A stretch of 64,000 nt of DNA, taken from contig NZ_JBELFI010000001.1 in the NCBI RefSeq assembly GCF_042093035.1, forward strand, positions 13,814-77,813, written 5' to 3'. Source of the stretch: Yoonia sp. (GTDB lineage Bacteria > Pseudomonadota > Alphaproteobacteria > Rhodobacterales > Rhodobacteraceae). This document shows, piece by piece, positions 1 through 8,981 of this stretch. The notes below the pieces were generated by a model that was given only the letters and a program-made list of their open reading frames with translations, did not search any database and was not told where the DNA came from. The number at the start of each line of letters is the position of its first letter. Position 1 is the stretch's first letter. The translations under genes and the position numbers were made by a program.

Positions 1-1417
1 TGTCGAATGTGACTTCGATCTGTGGCAGGCCGCGTGGCGCTGGCGGGATTTCTTCAAGGTTGAACTGACCCAGCATCTTGTTGTCTGCCGCCATCTCACG
101 CTCACCCTGGAACACGCGCAACGTCACGGCGTTCTGGTTGTCTTCAGCGGTTGAGAACACCTGAGACTTTTTCGTCGGGATCGTTGTGTTCCGGTCGATC
201 AGGCGTGTGAAGACACCGCCAAGGGTTTCAATACCCAGGGACAATGGTGTGACGTCCAGCAGAACCACGTCTTTGACGTCGCCTTGCAGAACACCGGCCT
301 GAATAGCCGCACCCATTGCAACCACTTCGTCAGGGTTCACACCTTGGTGCGCTTCCTTGCCGAAAAACTTCGCGACTTCTTCCTTGACGCGCGGCATACG
401 TGTCATACCGCCAACCAACACGACTTCGTCGATGTCGGATGTGGACAGGCCTGCATCCTTGATCGCTTCCTTGCATGGTTTCAGCGATGCTTTGATAAGG
501 TCGCTCACAAGGCTTTCCAGCTTCGCACGTGTCAGCTTCATCACCATGTGCAATGGCTGGCCGTTCGCCCCCATAGAGATAAAAGGCTGGTTGATTTCCG
601 TGCTGGAAGAAGACGATAATTCGATCTTCGCCTTTTCCGCCGCTTCCTTCAAACGCTGCAAGGCCATTTTGTCTTTGGTCAGGTCGACTTGGTTTTCCTT
701 TTTGAACTCATCCGCGAGGTAGTTCACGATGCGCATGTCGAAGTCTTCACCACCAAGGAACGTGTCGCCGTTGGTGGATTTCACCTCAAACAGACCGTCG
801 TCGATCTCAAGGATGGTCACGTCGAAAGTACCGCCGCCAAGGTCATAGACTGCGATTGTCTTGGTTTCGGTTTTGTCGAGGCCGTAAGCAAGGGCCGCCG
901 CTGTCGGCTCGTTGATGATCCGCAACACTTCGAGGCCCGCGATCTTGCCGGCATCTTTGGTCGCCTGACGCTGTGCGTCGTTGAAGTATGCAGGTACGGT
1001 GATAACCGCCTGTGTCACATCTTCGCCAAGGTAAGTCTCAGCGGTTTCTTTCATTTTGCCGAGGATGAAAGCAGAGATCTGGCTCGGGGAGTATTTCTCA
1101 CCCTTGGCTTCGACCCATGCGTCACCATTGCCGCCATTGATGACTTCGAACGGCATGTTCTTTTTGTCCTTCGCAAGGTCCTTGTCGTCGAACCGACGAC
1201 CGATCAGACGCTTGACTGCGAAGATTGTGTTTTCAGGATTTGTCACAGCTTGACGTTTTGCCGGCTGGCCCACCAGACGTTCATCGTCGGTGAATGCGAC
1301 GATGGATGGTGTGGTGCGTGCCCCTTCAGCGTTTTCGACAACACGTGGCTTTGCGCCGTCCATGATCGCGATACAAGAGTTCGTCGTTCCCAGGTCGATA
1401 CCAATAACTTTGGCCAT
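1..1417 (-). CDS. dnaK: Chaperone DnaK (Hsp70), N-terminal ~472 codons; the C-terminus lies beyond the window start
   Basis: Absent from the ORF track because it is edge-truncated. The reverse complement from 1417 reads [21 protein letters not shown]...[46 protein letters not shown]...[43 protein letters not shown]. The frame stays open to position 1. Confidence 0.95.
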   Translation of the reverse strand, partial: MAKVIGIDLGTTNSCIAIMDGAKPRVVENAEGARTTPSIVAFTDDERLVGQPAKRQAVTNPENTIFAVKRLIGRRFDDKDLAKDKKNMPFEVINGGNGDAWVEAKGEKYSPSQISAFILGKMKETAETYLGEDVTQAVITVPAYFNDAQRQATKDAGKIAGLEVLRIINEPTAAALAYGLDKTETKTIAVYDLGGGTFDVTILEIDDGLFEVKSTNGDTFLGGEDFDMRIVNYLADEFKKENQVDLTKDKMALQRLKEAAEKAKIELSSSSSTEINQPFISMGANGQPLHMVMKLTRAKLESLVSDLIKASLKPCKEAIKDAGLSTSDIDEVVLVGGMTRMPRVKEEVAKFFGKEAHQGVNPDEVVAMGAAIQAGVLQGDVKDVVLLDVTPLSLGIETLGGVFTRLIDRNTTIPTKKSQVFSTAEDNQNAVTLRVFQGEREMAADNKMLGQFNLEEIPPAPRGLPQIEVTFD

Positions 1418-1530
1418 TTTTCAAATCCCTCTACTTTAGGCGGTTTGAGCAGCGCGAACCCACTTTCGGCACCCGCGCCAGTTTCATGTGTGAAGCAGGG
1501 CGCTACGTCCCAAAACTTCGATCTTGGCGT

Positions 1531-1559
1531 ATATAGGGTTGCCTCTTTGGGGCTGCAAG
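1531..1559 (-). promoter_or_regulatory. Sigma32 (RpoH)-type heat-shock promoter candidate for dnaK
   Basis: The minus strand reads CTTGCAG-N14-CCCTATAT. The known patterns are CTTGAAA-N13/14-CCCCATNT and the alphaproteobacterial CTTG-N17/18-CCTATNT. It lies about 113 nt upstream of the dnaK ATG. Confidence 0.5.
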
Positions 1560-1624
1560 CGGTGTGGGTGCTGCAAAACGGGGAAAAGGAGTCTAATTTT
1601 CAGGGCTTCGGTCGGATTTGCGCG

Positions 1625-2464
1625 TTATCGGCCCGCTGACCAACTTGCAGACACGTGTTTGCGGGTGAAAAACTCTGCCATCAACCCGATCATCATGATG
1701 ACGATACTGAGGTAAATTGGATACATCAGTGATGTCTGAAAGGGGTTGTAATGCAAAAAGATGAAGCCGCGCCCCTGGTCAATTGTATGAAAGAGCGGGT
1801 TCCATTCAAAAAACGGCATCATCGAGGCTGGCAGCGAGTTTGCCAAGAACATCTTTCCTGACGCGATCATGTTCAGCCGCCGGTAAAGCTGCGAGATCAC
1901 TCCCGTCAGATTTGGGAGCCACGGGCCCAAGGCAAGGAAAAGCAGCCCGACAACACATCCGCTGTACCACGCCATCAAGAACATAATCAGCGCACCACCC
2001 GGTTGATCGATTGTGATGGGCGTGACGATGATATGATACGCGGCCAAAACGATGACGATGGTCAAGAATTGCTGGTACAGGCTTGCCAGAGCCGCAGATA
2101 TGATCCCCACGATTGCATTCATCGGCGCGTGCTGCATCACCGAAGATGTCGCGTTTCCGCCGCTTTGGACCGCAGAGACAGCCGCGATATGCGTCATAAA
2201 CAGAAACACGCCGCTCATGATATAAAGCAGAAAATCCCCGCGCACCGGGGACCCGCGCACCCCGATCAGCATGAACATCCCGTAAAACACCACAACAAGG
2301 GTCAAACCCTGCGCCATCGCAAAGAGCAATCCAACGACGGCATTCCGGTGACCGCCACGCAGGTTGTGAACAATCGTGTGGTAGATCACGCCCATCATCG
2401 CAAACAAGCGGCGTGTCTTGCCTCTGGGGACGTGCGGTTGGAACATGCTGAATTTCAGCTCCAT
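1625..2464 (-). CDS. ABC-2 type polysaccharide-export permease (KpsM/CtrC-like)
   Basis: 279 aa with about 6 hydrophobic helices, and the size and layout of the ABC-2 family. It sits next to Kdo and sugar-nucleotide genes. No ATPase partner is adjacent. Confidence 0.75.
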   Translation of the reverse strand: MELKFSMFQPHVPRGKTRRLFAMMGVIYHTIVHNLRGGHRNAVVGLLFAMAQGLTLVVVFYGMFMLIGVRGSPVRGDFLLYIMSGVFLFMTHIAAVSAVQSGGNATSSVMQHAPMNAIVGIISAALASLYQQFLTIVIVLAAYHIIVTPITIDQPGGALIMFLMAWYSGCVVGLLFLALGPWLPNLTGVISQLYRRLNMIASGKMFLANSLPASMMPFFEWNPLFHTIDQGRGFIFLHYNPFQTSLMYPIYLSIVIMMIGLMAEFFTRKHVSASWSAGR

Positions 2465-2573
2465 TAGGTGAAGGTGGGCCTCGGGCGTACAGCCCTTCGC
2501 GCAAACCTTGCTGATTGCCTGAAGTCAAAGCATAAGCAATCTTGGCAAAGCGATCAATGATGGGGTGCTGTTC

Positions 2574-3371
2574 ATGGACTACGAAAAGCTAACGCAAGTC
2601 ATCCGGCGCTTGGCCCTTCAGGCGGGTGACAAGATCATGGAGATCTATGACAGCGCCGATTTTGACGTCCGGGCCAAAAGTGACGACAGCCCAGTTACCG
2701 CAGCCGATGAAGCGGCCGATGCCATTATCAGCACCGGGTTGCGTCAGGCATTTCCCGATGTGGCGCTCGTGACAGAGGAACAGGCGGCATCGCACGCGCA
2801 AACAGTTGAGACATTCCTGATCGTCGATCCCCTGGATGGCACCAAGGAATTCATCAAGCGGCGTGGCGATTTTACCGTCAATATAGCGTATGTGCTTGAA
2901 GGCCGTCCGGTGCGCGGTGTTGTCTACGCACCTGCGCGGGGACGGCTCTTCTTTACAGATGCGACCGGGCAAGCGGTTGAAGAAACCGGCGTTTTCGACA
3001 AAAACATTCTTGGGCCTGTGGCGCCGATAGCGGTTTCCAAACCCGATAACGCAGCCCTGCTCGTGGTCGCGTCGAAATCGCACCGTGATGCTGCGACTGA
3101 TGCCTATATCAGTAAATACAACACTAAGGACATGAAAAGCGCGGGGTCGTCTTTGAAGTTCTGTTTGGTCGCAACCGGTGAAGCTGATCTTTATCCCCGC
3201 GTGGGGCGCACAATGGAATGGGATACCGCAGCAGGCCACGCCGTACTTTCCGGGGCGGGCGGGCATGTCGTGCGCTTTGATGACCACACAGAGCTGCGCT
3301 ACGGCAAGCCGATATTCGAAAATCCGTTCTTCATCGCCTATGCCCCCGGCGTCAATCTGGAGCAGCCCTAA
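2574..3371 (+). CDS. cysQ: 3'(2'),5'-bisphosphate nucleotidase CysQ (inositol monophosphatase family)
   Basis: Carries the IMPase-family motifs LIVDPLDGTKEF and WDTAAGHAVL. ATG at 2574 is preferred over the GTG at 2565 used by the ORF track. Confidence 0.85.
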   Translation: MDYEKLTQVIRRLALQAGDKIMEIYDSADFDVRAKSDDSPVTAADEAADAIISTGLRQAFPDVALVTEEQAASHAQTVETFLIVDPLDGTKEFIKRRGDFTVNIAYVLEGRPVRGVVYAPARGRLFFTDATGQAVEETGVFDKNILGPVAPIAVSKPDNAALLVVASKSHRDAATDAYISKYNTKDMKSAGSSLKFCLVATGEADLYPRVGRTMEWDTAAGHAVLSGAGGHVVRFDDHTELRYGKPIFENPFFIAYAPGVNLEQP

Positions 3372-4171
3372 TGTCCGTCCTTATTGCAATTCCTGCGCGA
3401 TATGCCTCCACCCGCTATCCCGGCAAACCACTTGTCACTTTGCAAGGTGCCTCTGGAGAGGCAAAAAGCCTGATCCGGCGGTCATGGGATGCGGCATGTG
3501 CCGTGAAGGGCGTTGACCGTGTTGTCGTGGCGACTGACGATGATCGCATAGCAAAGGCGGCCGTGGCTTTCGGGGCAGATGTGGTGATGACGTCACCGGC
3601 ATGCGCAAACGGAACAGAGCGTTGCGCAGAGACCCTGGAAAACATCGCTGAGGACTTTGAAATCATCGTTAATCTTCAGGGTGATGCGCCGCTCACCCCT
3701 GCATGGTTTGTCGCGGATCTGGTGCAAGGGCTGCGCGACAATCCTGCGGCACAGGTTGCAACGCCTGTCTTGCGGACCGAAGGGAAGGCCTTGAACGGGC
3801 TGTTGCAGGACCGTCGCGCAGGGCGCGTGGGCGGCACGACGGCTGTCTTTGGCGCAGATCACAACGCGCTCTATTTCTCGAAAGAGGTAATCCCCTACAC
3901 AGGACAGTCATATGGCGACGGTGACGAAACGCCTGTTTTTCATCATGTCGGTGTCTACGCCTATCGGCCCGAAGCGCTTCTGGCCTATCCGCAATGGGCA
4001 ACTGGCCCGCTTGAAGCGCTCGAAGGACTTGAGCAGCTGCGATTCCTCGAACGTGGCGTGCCGATGCTTTGCGTGGAGGTAGACGCGCACGGGCGGCAGT
4101 TTTGGGAGCTTAACAATCCCGAAGATGTGCCACGGATCGAAGCGATGTTGGCGGAAATGGGCCACGCATAG
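3371..4171 (+). CDS. kdsB: 3-deoxy-manno-octulosonate cytidylyltransferase (CMP-Kdo synthetase)
   Basis: The N-terminus MSVLIAIPARYASTRYPGKPL and the internal NLQGDAPL motif are typical of KdsB/KpsU. Its start overlaps the cysQ stop (TAATG). Confidence 0.9.
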   Translation: MSVLIAIPARYASTRYPGKPLVTLQGASGEAKSLIRRSWDAACAVKGVDRVVVATDDDRIAKAAVAFGADVVMTSPACANGTERCAETLENIAEDFEIIVNLQGDAPLTPAWFVADLVQGLRDNPAAQVATPVLRTEGKALNGLLQDRRAGRVGGTTAVFGADHNALYFSKEVIPYTGQSYGDGDETPVFHHVGVYAYRPEALLAYPQWATGPLEALEGLEQLRFLERGVPMLCVEVDAHGRQFWELNNPEDVPRIEAMLAEMGHA

Positions 4172-4288
4172 GCAGAAAATGACCGCCGGGGATGGAAATA
4201 GGCGATATTTTGATGAAATGGCCTTAATATCGTGCTGTTAACCATCTAGGGGTTATGGTCGAGGAAATTGTTATTCGGTGGTGCAGTC

Positions 4289-5182
4289 ATGCAAAGAAAA
4301 GTGACAAAAGCGGTCTTTCCGGTTGCCGGTCTGGGCACGCGCTTTTTGCCTGCAACCAAGTCCGTGCCCAAAGAGATCATGACACTGGTGGACCGCCCTT
4401 TGATCCAATACGCCATTGATGAAGCACGCGCCGCCGGGATTGAGGATTTTATTTTCGTCACGGCACGCGGCAAATCTGCGTTGGAAGACTACTTTGATGT
4501 CTCGCCCGATCTGGAGGCATCGCTGGAGCAATCCGGCAAGACCGCGCTTCTTGAAATCCTGCGCAACACCAATATGGACAGCGGCACGATCGCCTATCTG
4601 CGCCAGCACAAAGCGCTGGGCCTTGGCCACGCTGTGTCTTGCGCGCGCAAGATGATTGGGGATGAACCTTTTGCTGTGATTTTGCCAGATGACGTCATCG
4701 CAGCGGAAAAACCCTGCCTGCAACAAATGGTCGAGGCCCATGCGGAAACCGGCGGCGCCATGGTCGCCACGATGGAGGTTTCGCCTGAGCAAGCATCGTC
4801 ATACGGTGTTTTGGATATCGCGGGCCAGGATGGGCGGATTGTGAAGGTCAGCGGGATGGTTGAAAAGCCGCCGATGGGCACCGCGCCCTCCAATCTGGCA
4901 GTGATCGGGCGTTATATCCTGACGCCACAGGTCTTGAAGAACTTCGATCATATCGGGCGCGGCGCCGGTGGGGAAATCTAGCTGACCGATGCCATCGCCG
5001 CTGAGATTAACGCCGGGCGCGATGTCTTTGGCTATCGGTTCGCTGGGGAACGCTATGACTGCGGTTCCAAAGCGGGCTTCTTGCAGGCAACTGTCGCTTT
5101 TGCCTTGGCACGCGACGATCTTCGCGATGAATTTGCGGAGTTTCTGGCGGAAATGCACGCAGTCCAAAAGGCTGCGCAATAG
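4289..5182 (+). pseudogene. galU: UTP-glucose-1-phosphate uridylyltransferase GalU, interrupted by an in-frame TAG at 4979-4981
   Basis: The N-terminal part has KAVFPVAGLGTRFLPATKSVPKEIM. The frame reads ...[53 protein letters not shown] and ends at TAG 5180-5182. The stop sits where GalU proteins carry Q in GGEIQLTDA. The 201 nt after the stop stay in frame. Confidence 0.85.
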
Positions 5183-5184
5183 GG

Positions 5185-6231
5185 TTGTCTGGCAGAGCCC
5201 TTTCATCCGAGAAGGGATTGCCTGGGCTTTGGGGGGCATATCGCCTGCGCTGGAAACGTCGCCGGTTTCTGTTTCGGATTTGGCGCAAGCGCAAGCAAAT
5301 CAAGCCACTTCAAAATCGCATCGCAGAGGTCGCGCAGGACGCGATCCTTGTTTTTGCGACCATGCGCAACGAAATGGTGCGGCTGCCTCATTTTTTGGCG
5401 CATTACCGTGCGTTGGGTGTCGATCACTTCCTGATCGTAGACAACGGCAGTGACGACGGGACGGTTGCCTATCTGGCGGACCAACCGGATGTCTCGGTTT
5501 GGCAGACGCAAAAGTCTTATCGGCTGGCGCGTTTTGGAATGGATTGGGTCGGGTGGCTTCAATGGCGATATGGCCACGACCATTGGTGCCTGACCGTCGA
5601 TGCGGATGAGCTGCTGATATATCCAGACCACGATGCAAAAGACCTCAAGGCGCTGACTGCCTGGCTTGACGGCAAGGGTATTTCGTCAATGGGTGCGCTG
5701 ATGCTGGAATTATACCCCGAAGGCCCCATTCAGGATGTCCAATACACGCCGGGAGACGACCCAACAGAGGCTCTGTGTTGGTATGATGCGGATAACTACA
5801 CGCAGCAGTATCACCCCTACTACGGCAATCTGTGGATTCAAGGCGGGGTCCGGCGGCGGGTGTTCTTTGACCGCGAACCGGCGCGCGCGCCAACGCTGAG
5901 CAAGACGCCTTTGGTACGGTGGAACAGGCGCTTCGCTTATGTCAGCTCAACCCATCAAATTTTGCCGCGCTATTTGCATGATGTCTTTGACCCTGAGGGA
6001 CAAACCAAAGTGACCGGCGTCTTATTGCACACAAAATTCCTGCCTGTCATTGCTGAGAAATCCGCAGAAGAGCTGACCCGCCAACAGCATTTTCAGAATT
6101 CCGAAGCCTATGTGACCTACCACCAGCAATTGACGGAAAACCCCGACCTTTGGCACAAGACTGCGCAACGCTACGAGGGGGCCGAAAAACTCATTGCGCA
6201 AGGGTTGATGTCAAAAGGCGATTGGGTCTGA
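5185..6231 (+). CDS. Glycosyltransferase-like protein (GT2_4/GT92-like fold), paralog 1
   Basis: Motifs ILVFATMRNE..LPHFLAHYRALGVDHFLIVDNGSDDGT and the DxD-like TVDADELL. About half of aligned residues match the next gene by eye. The only in-frame start codons upstream of the conserved region are TTG at 5185 or 5218. Confidence 0.6.
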   Translation: MSGRALSSEKGLPGLWGAYRLRWKRRRFLFRIWRKRKQIKPLQNRIAEVAQDAILVFATMRNEMVRLPHFLAHYRALGVDHFLIVDNGSDDGTVAYLADQPDVSVWQTQKSYRLARFGMDWVGWLQWRYGHDHWCLTVDADELLIYPDHDAKDLKALTAWLDGKGISSMGALMLELYPEGPIQDVQYTPGDDPTEALCWYDADNYTQQYHPYYGNLWIQGGVRRRVFFDREPARAPTLSKTPLVRWNRRFAYVSSTHQILPRYLHDVFDPEGQTKVTGVLLHTKFLPVIAEKSAEELTRQQHFQNSEAYVTYHQQLTENPDLWHKTAQRYEGAEKLIAQGLMSKGDWV

Positions 6232-6270
6232 TATGCCGGCGGAGGGGATGAAAAACAGGTCACGGCGCTC

Positions 6271-7281
6271 TTGGGGATTTTGACATCATATCGGTTGCGA
6301 TGGCAGCGTAAGTGGTTGCGTCTGCGGGCCTTGCGCAAAGCGGCCGTCGTGAAGCCTGTCGCAGATCGCACGGATGGGATCGGACCGGATGATATCCTGC
6401 TGTTCTGCGCGTTCCGCAATGAGGATGTGCGCCTGCCGTATTTTCTGGACTACTACCGCAAGCTGGGCATCGACCACTTCGTTATGGTCGATAATGACAG
6501 CAGTGATGCAGGTGCTGCCTTTCTTGCCAACCAGCCGGATGTTTCACTTTGGTCAACGCATGATGCCTACGGGGATGCGCGGTTTGGCATGGACTGGCTC
6601 ACCTATCTGCAAGGCCGATTTGCCCCCGGTCATTGGGCGCTCACCGTCGATGTGGATGAGTTTTTTGTCTATCCCTTCTGCGACACGCGCCCGATCCGTG
6701 CCCTGGCTGATTGGCTGGACGCATCCAACGTCCGCTCATTCGGCGCGATGTTGCTGGATATGTATCCAAAAGGCCCGGTCAGCGCGTCCCGCTACACCAA
6801 AGGCGCGGACCCGTTCGAGATCGCCAATTGGTTTGATCCCGGCAATTATACGATGACCATGAACAAACTTTTGCGGAATCTCTGGATACAAGGCGGCCCG
6901 CGCGCCCGGACGTTTTTTTCCAGCAAACCCAAGCAGGCACCTGCGCTCAACAAGGTCCCCTTCGTGAAATGGCGCAAGCCCTATGCCTATGTCAGCTCAA
7001 CCCATATGATTTTGCCGCGCGGGCTGAACCTCGTTTATGACCAGCAGGGCGGTGAAAAAACATCCGGGATATTGCTGCACGCGAAGTTCCTCGACACCTT
7101 CGCTGGGCGCGCGCAGGAGGAAGCGCAGCGCGGTGAGCATTATCAAGCGGGTCAGGAATACCAGTCATACGCGGACAGGCACGGCGCGGACCCGGATTTC
7201 TGGTGCCAGTGGAGCGAGCAATATATCAATTGGCGCCAGCTTGAAGTCCTGGGGCTGATGTCAAAGGGAAACTGGGCATGA
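6271..7281 (+). CDS. Glycosyltransferase-like protein (GT2_4/GT92-like fold), paralog 2
   Basis: Motifs ILLFCAFRNE..LPYFLDYYRKLGIDHFVMVDNDSSD and TVDVDEFF. It shares the N-terminal YRLRW(K/Q)R(R/K) motif and the C-terminal GLMSKG(D/N)W with paralog 1. TTG start; its stop overlaps the next gene's start (ATGA). Confidence 0.6.
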   Translation: MGILTSYRLRWQRKWLRLRALRKAAVVKPVADRTDGIGPDDILLFCAFRNEDVRLPYFLDYYRKLGIDHFVMVDNDSSDAGAAFLANQPDVSLWSTHDAYGDARFGMDWLTYLQGRFAPGHWALTVDVDEFFVYPFCDTRPIRALADWLDASNVRSFGAMLLDMYPKGPVSASRYTKGADPFEIANWFDPGNYTMTMNKLLRNLWIQGGPRARTFFSSKPKQAPALNKVPFVKWRKPYAYVSSTHMILPRGLNLVYDQQGGEKTSGILLHAKFLDTFAGRAQEEAQRGEHYQAGQEYQSYADRHGADPDFWCQWSEQYINWRQLEVLGLMSKGNWA

Positions 7282-8981
7282 GTTTGGGCATTGTCATGCT
7301 GGTGCATACCGCCTTTGACCGCGCCGAACAAATGGTGCGTGTCTGGGATGCCGCCGGTTGCCCCGTCGTGATCCATGTGGACAGCGAGGTCGGCCAGGAG
7401 ACCCATGATGCCTTCAAACATGCTTTGGCGGATCTTGCCAACGTGCGCTTTTGTGCGCGCAACCGCTGTGAATGGGGGACATGGGGCCTTGTTGCGGCTT
7501 CGCAAACGGCGGCGACAATGCTGCTTGAAGACTTCCCCGACGTTTCGCATGTCTATCTTGCATCGGGGGCTTGCCTGCCGCTGCGCCCCGTGGATGAGCT
7601 GATCGCGTTTCTGATCGATCATCCCGACACCGATTTTATCGAAAGCGCGACAACCGCCGATGTGCCTTGGACTGTTAGCGGGCTGGACCGGGAACGCTTC
7701 ACGCTGCGCTTTCCCTTCGCCTGGAAGAAGCGCCGCAAGCTGTTTGACAGCGCCGTCAAGCTGCAACAAATGTTAGGTTATACGCGGAAAACTCCGGACG
7801 GGCTGGTGCCGCATATGGGGTCGCAATGGTGGTGTCTGACGCGGCAAACGCTCGATGCGATTTTGCAGGATCCCAACAGGCCGGCCTACGACCATTATTT
7901 CCGGCAGGTCTGGATTCCTGACGAAAGCTATTATCAAAGCCTTGTCCGGATACATGCCCGCCGGGTGGAGAGCCGGTCCCTGACCTTGGCGAAGTTCGAT
8001 TTTCAGGGCAAGCCACATATCTTTTTTGATGACCATATGCAGTTATTGCGCCGGTCTGACTGTTTTGTTGCTCGCAAGATTTGGAAGGATGCAGAGCTGC
8101 TTTACCGCAGTTTTCCACGAAAGAATGACCCTGATTGCGCGAAGGCGGCGCCGAATACCGGGACGGTTGACCGGCTCTTTTCGCAGGCTGCGATGCGCCG
8201 CACTCTGGGTCGGCCGGGGCTATATATGCAAAGCCGGTTCCCCAGTATCGACCGGGAAAACGGCGTTGCGGCAGCGCGTTATACTGTGTTGCAGGGCTTT
8301 GATGATGTGTTTGAGCAGTTCCAGAATTGGCTGGCCCGGCGCACCGGGGCACAGGTGCATGGCCATCTCTATGCCAAGGACCGCGCGCATTTTGCCGGTG
8401 ATGGCAAGATCTACAAAGGCGGGTTGTCCGACCATCCGCGGTTGCGGGATTATAATGCCACGATGTTCCTGACCAATCTGGTCTGGAACGGGCGCGAGGA
8501 CTATCATTGCTTCCAATTCGGCCCCGCCGACAGCCAGGACATCCGCTGGACCATCGCGCGCGATACCAATGCCAGCATCTGGGTGATTTCGGGTGCTTGG
8601 GCGATCCCGCTTTTCAGGTCCGGTCGTGCCGCAAGCGACGTGCGGGCCGAAGCTGCGCGGTTGCAGCGGATTGAAAATGCATTCCTCAAGACGTTGCGCG
8701 GACCAAATGCGCATGCGCGCATCTCGATCATGTCATTGGCCGAATTCATTCAGGCGCCGACAGATGCCTTGCAAACGATCATCGACGATATTGCTGGCCA
8801 CAGGGGCAAGGCGGTGTCAGAGCCGCCCAAGATGGCGGATTTGGACGGTTTGGCCGATTTCCTGCAGGACTTGCGTAACCAGGGTATGCACCCGTTCCTG
8901 ACCGGCGATATCACCCAAGGTGATGCGCGGCAGGCCAAGCGCGATGCGCCGCCGAAGCCTTATATCGTGGCGCGGAAATGA
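7278..8981 (+). CDS. GT14 (core-2/I-branching 'Branch'-type) glycosyltransferase-like N-terminal domain, fused to a ~290 aa C-terminal domain of unknown function
   Basis: The N-terminal half has ...VIHVDSE..., ...CEWGTWGLVAA..., YLASGACLPLRP, GSQWWCLTRQTLDAI and WIPDESYYQSLV, which match the Branch-family pattern. I do not recognise any motif in the C-terminal half. Confidence 0.55.
   Translation: MSLGIVMLVHTAFDRAEQMVRVWDAAGCPVVIHVDSEVGQETHDAFKHALADLANVRFCARNRCEWGTWGLVAASQTAATMLLEDFPDVSHVYLASGACLPLRPVDELIAFLIDHPDTDFIESATTADVPWTVSGLDRERFTLRFPFAWKKRRKLFDSAVKLQQMLGYTRKTPDGLVPHMGSQWWCLTRQTLDAILQDPNRPAYDHYFRQVWIPDESYYQSLVRIHARRVESRSLTLAKFDFQGKPHIFFDDHMQLLRRSDCFVARKIWKDAELLYRSFPRKNDPDCAKAAPNTGTVDRLFSQAAMRRTLGRPGLYMQSRFPSIDRENGVAAARYTVLQGFDDVFEQFQNWLARRTGAQVHGHLYAKDRAHFAGDGKIYKGGLSDHPRLRDYNATMFLTNLVWNGREDYHCFQFGPADSQDIRWTIARDTNASIWVISGAWAIPLFRSGRAASDVRAEAARLQRIENAFLKTLRGPNAHARISIMSLAEFIQAPTDALQTIIDDIAGHRGKAVSEPPKMADLDGLADFLQDLRNQGMHPFLTGDITQGDARQAKRDAPPKPYIVARK

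Noticed and set aside
689-1639. 316 aa plus-strand ORF, along with the other plus-strand ORFs between 284 and 1715
   Set aside because: They lie antisense to the unmistakable dnaK reading frame. Their translations are Val/Arg/Cys-rich with no recognisable motif. This is the typical shadow-ORF pattern of GC-rich DNA.
4982-5182. Possible independent small gene downstream of the truncated galU ORF
   Set aside because: It has no start codon or RBS of its own. It continues the galU frame exactly and encodes the conserved GalU C-terminus (LTDAI...[12 protein letters not shown]), so it is the distal part of an interrupted galU.
6248-6283. 11-codon ATG ORF (MKNRSRRSWGF) preceded by GGAGGGG and overlapping the TTG start of GT paralog 2; considered as a frameshift or alternative start
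   Set aside because: It is in a different frame from the conserved protein. The GGAGG-to-ATG spacing is only 2 nt, and the paralog alignment supports the TTG-initiated frame.
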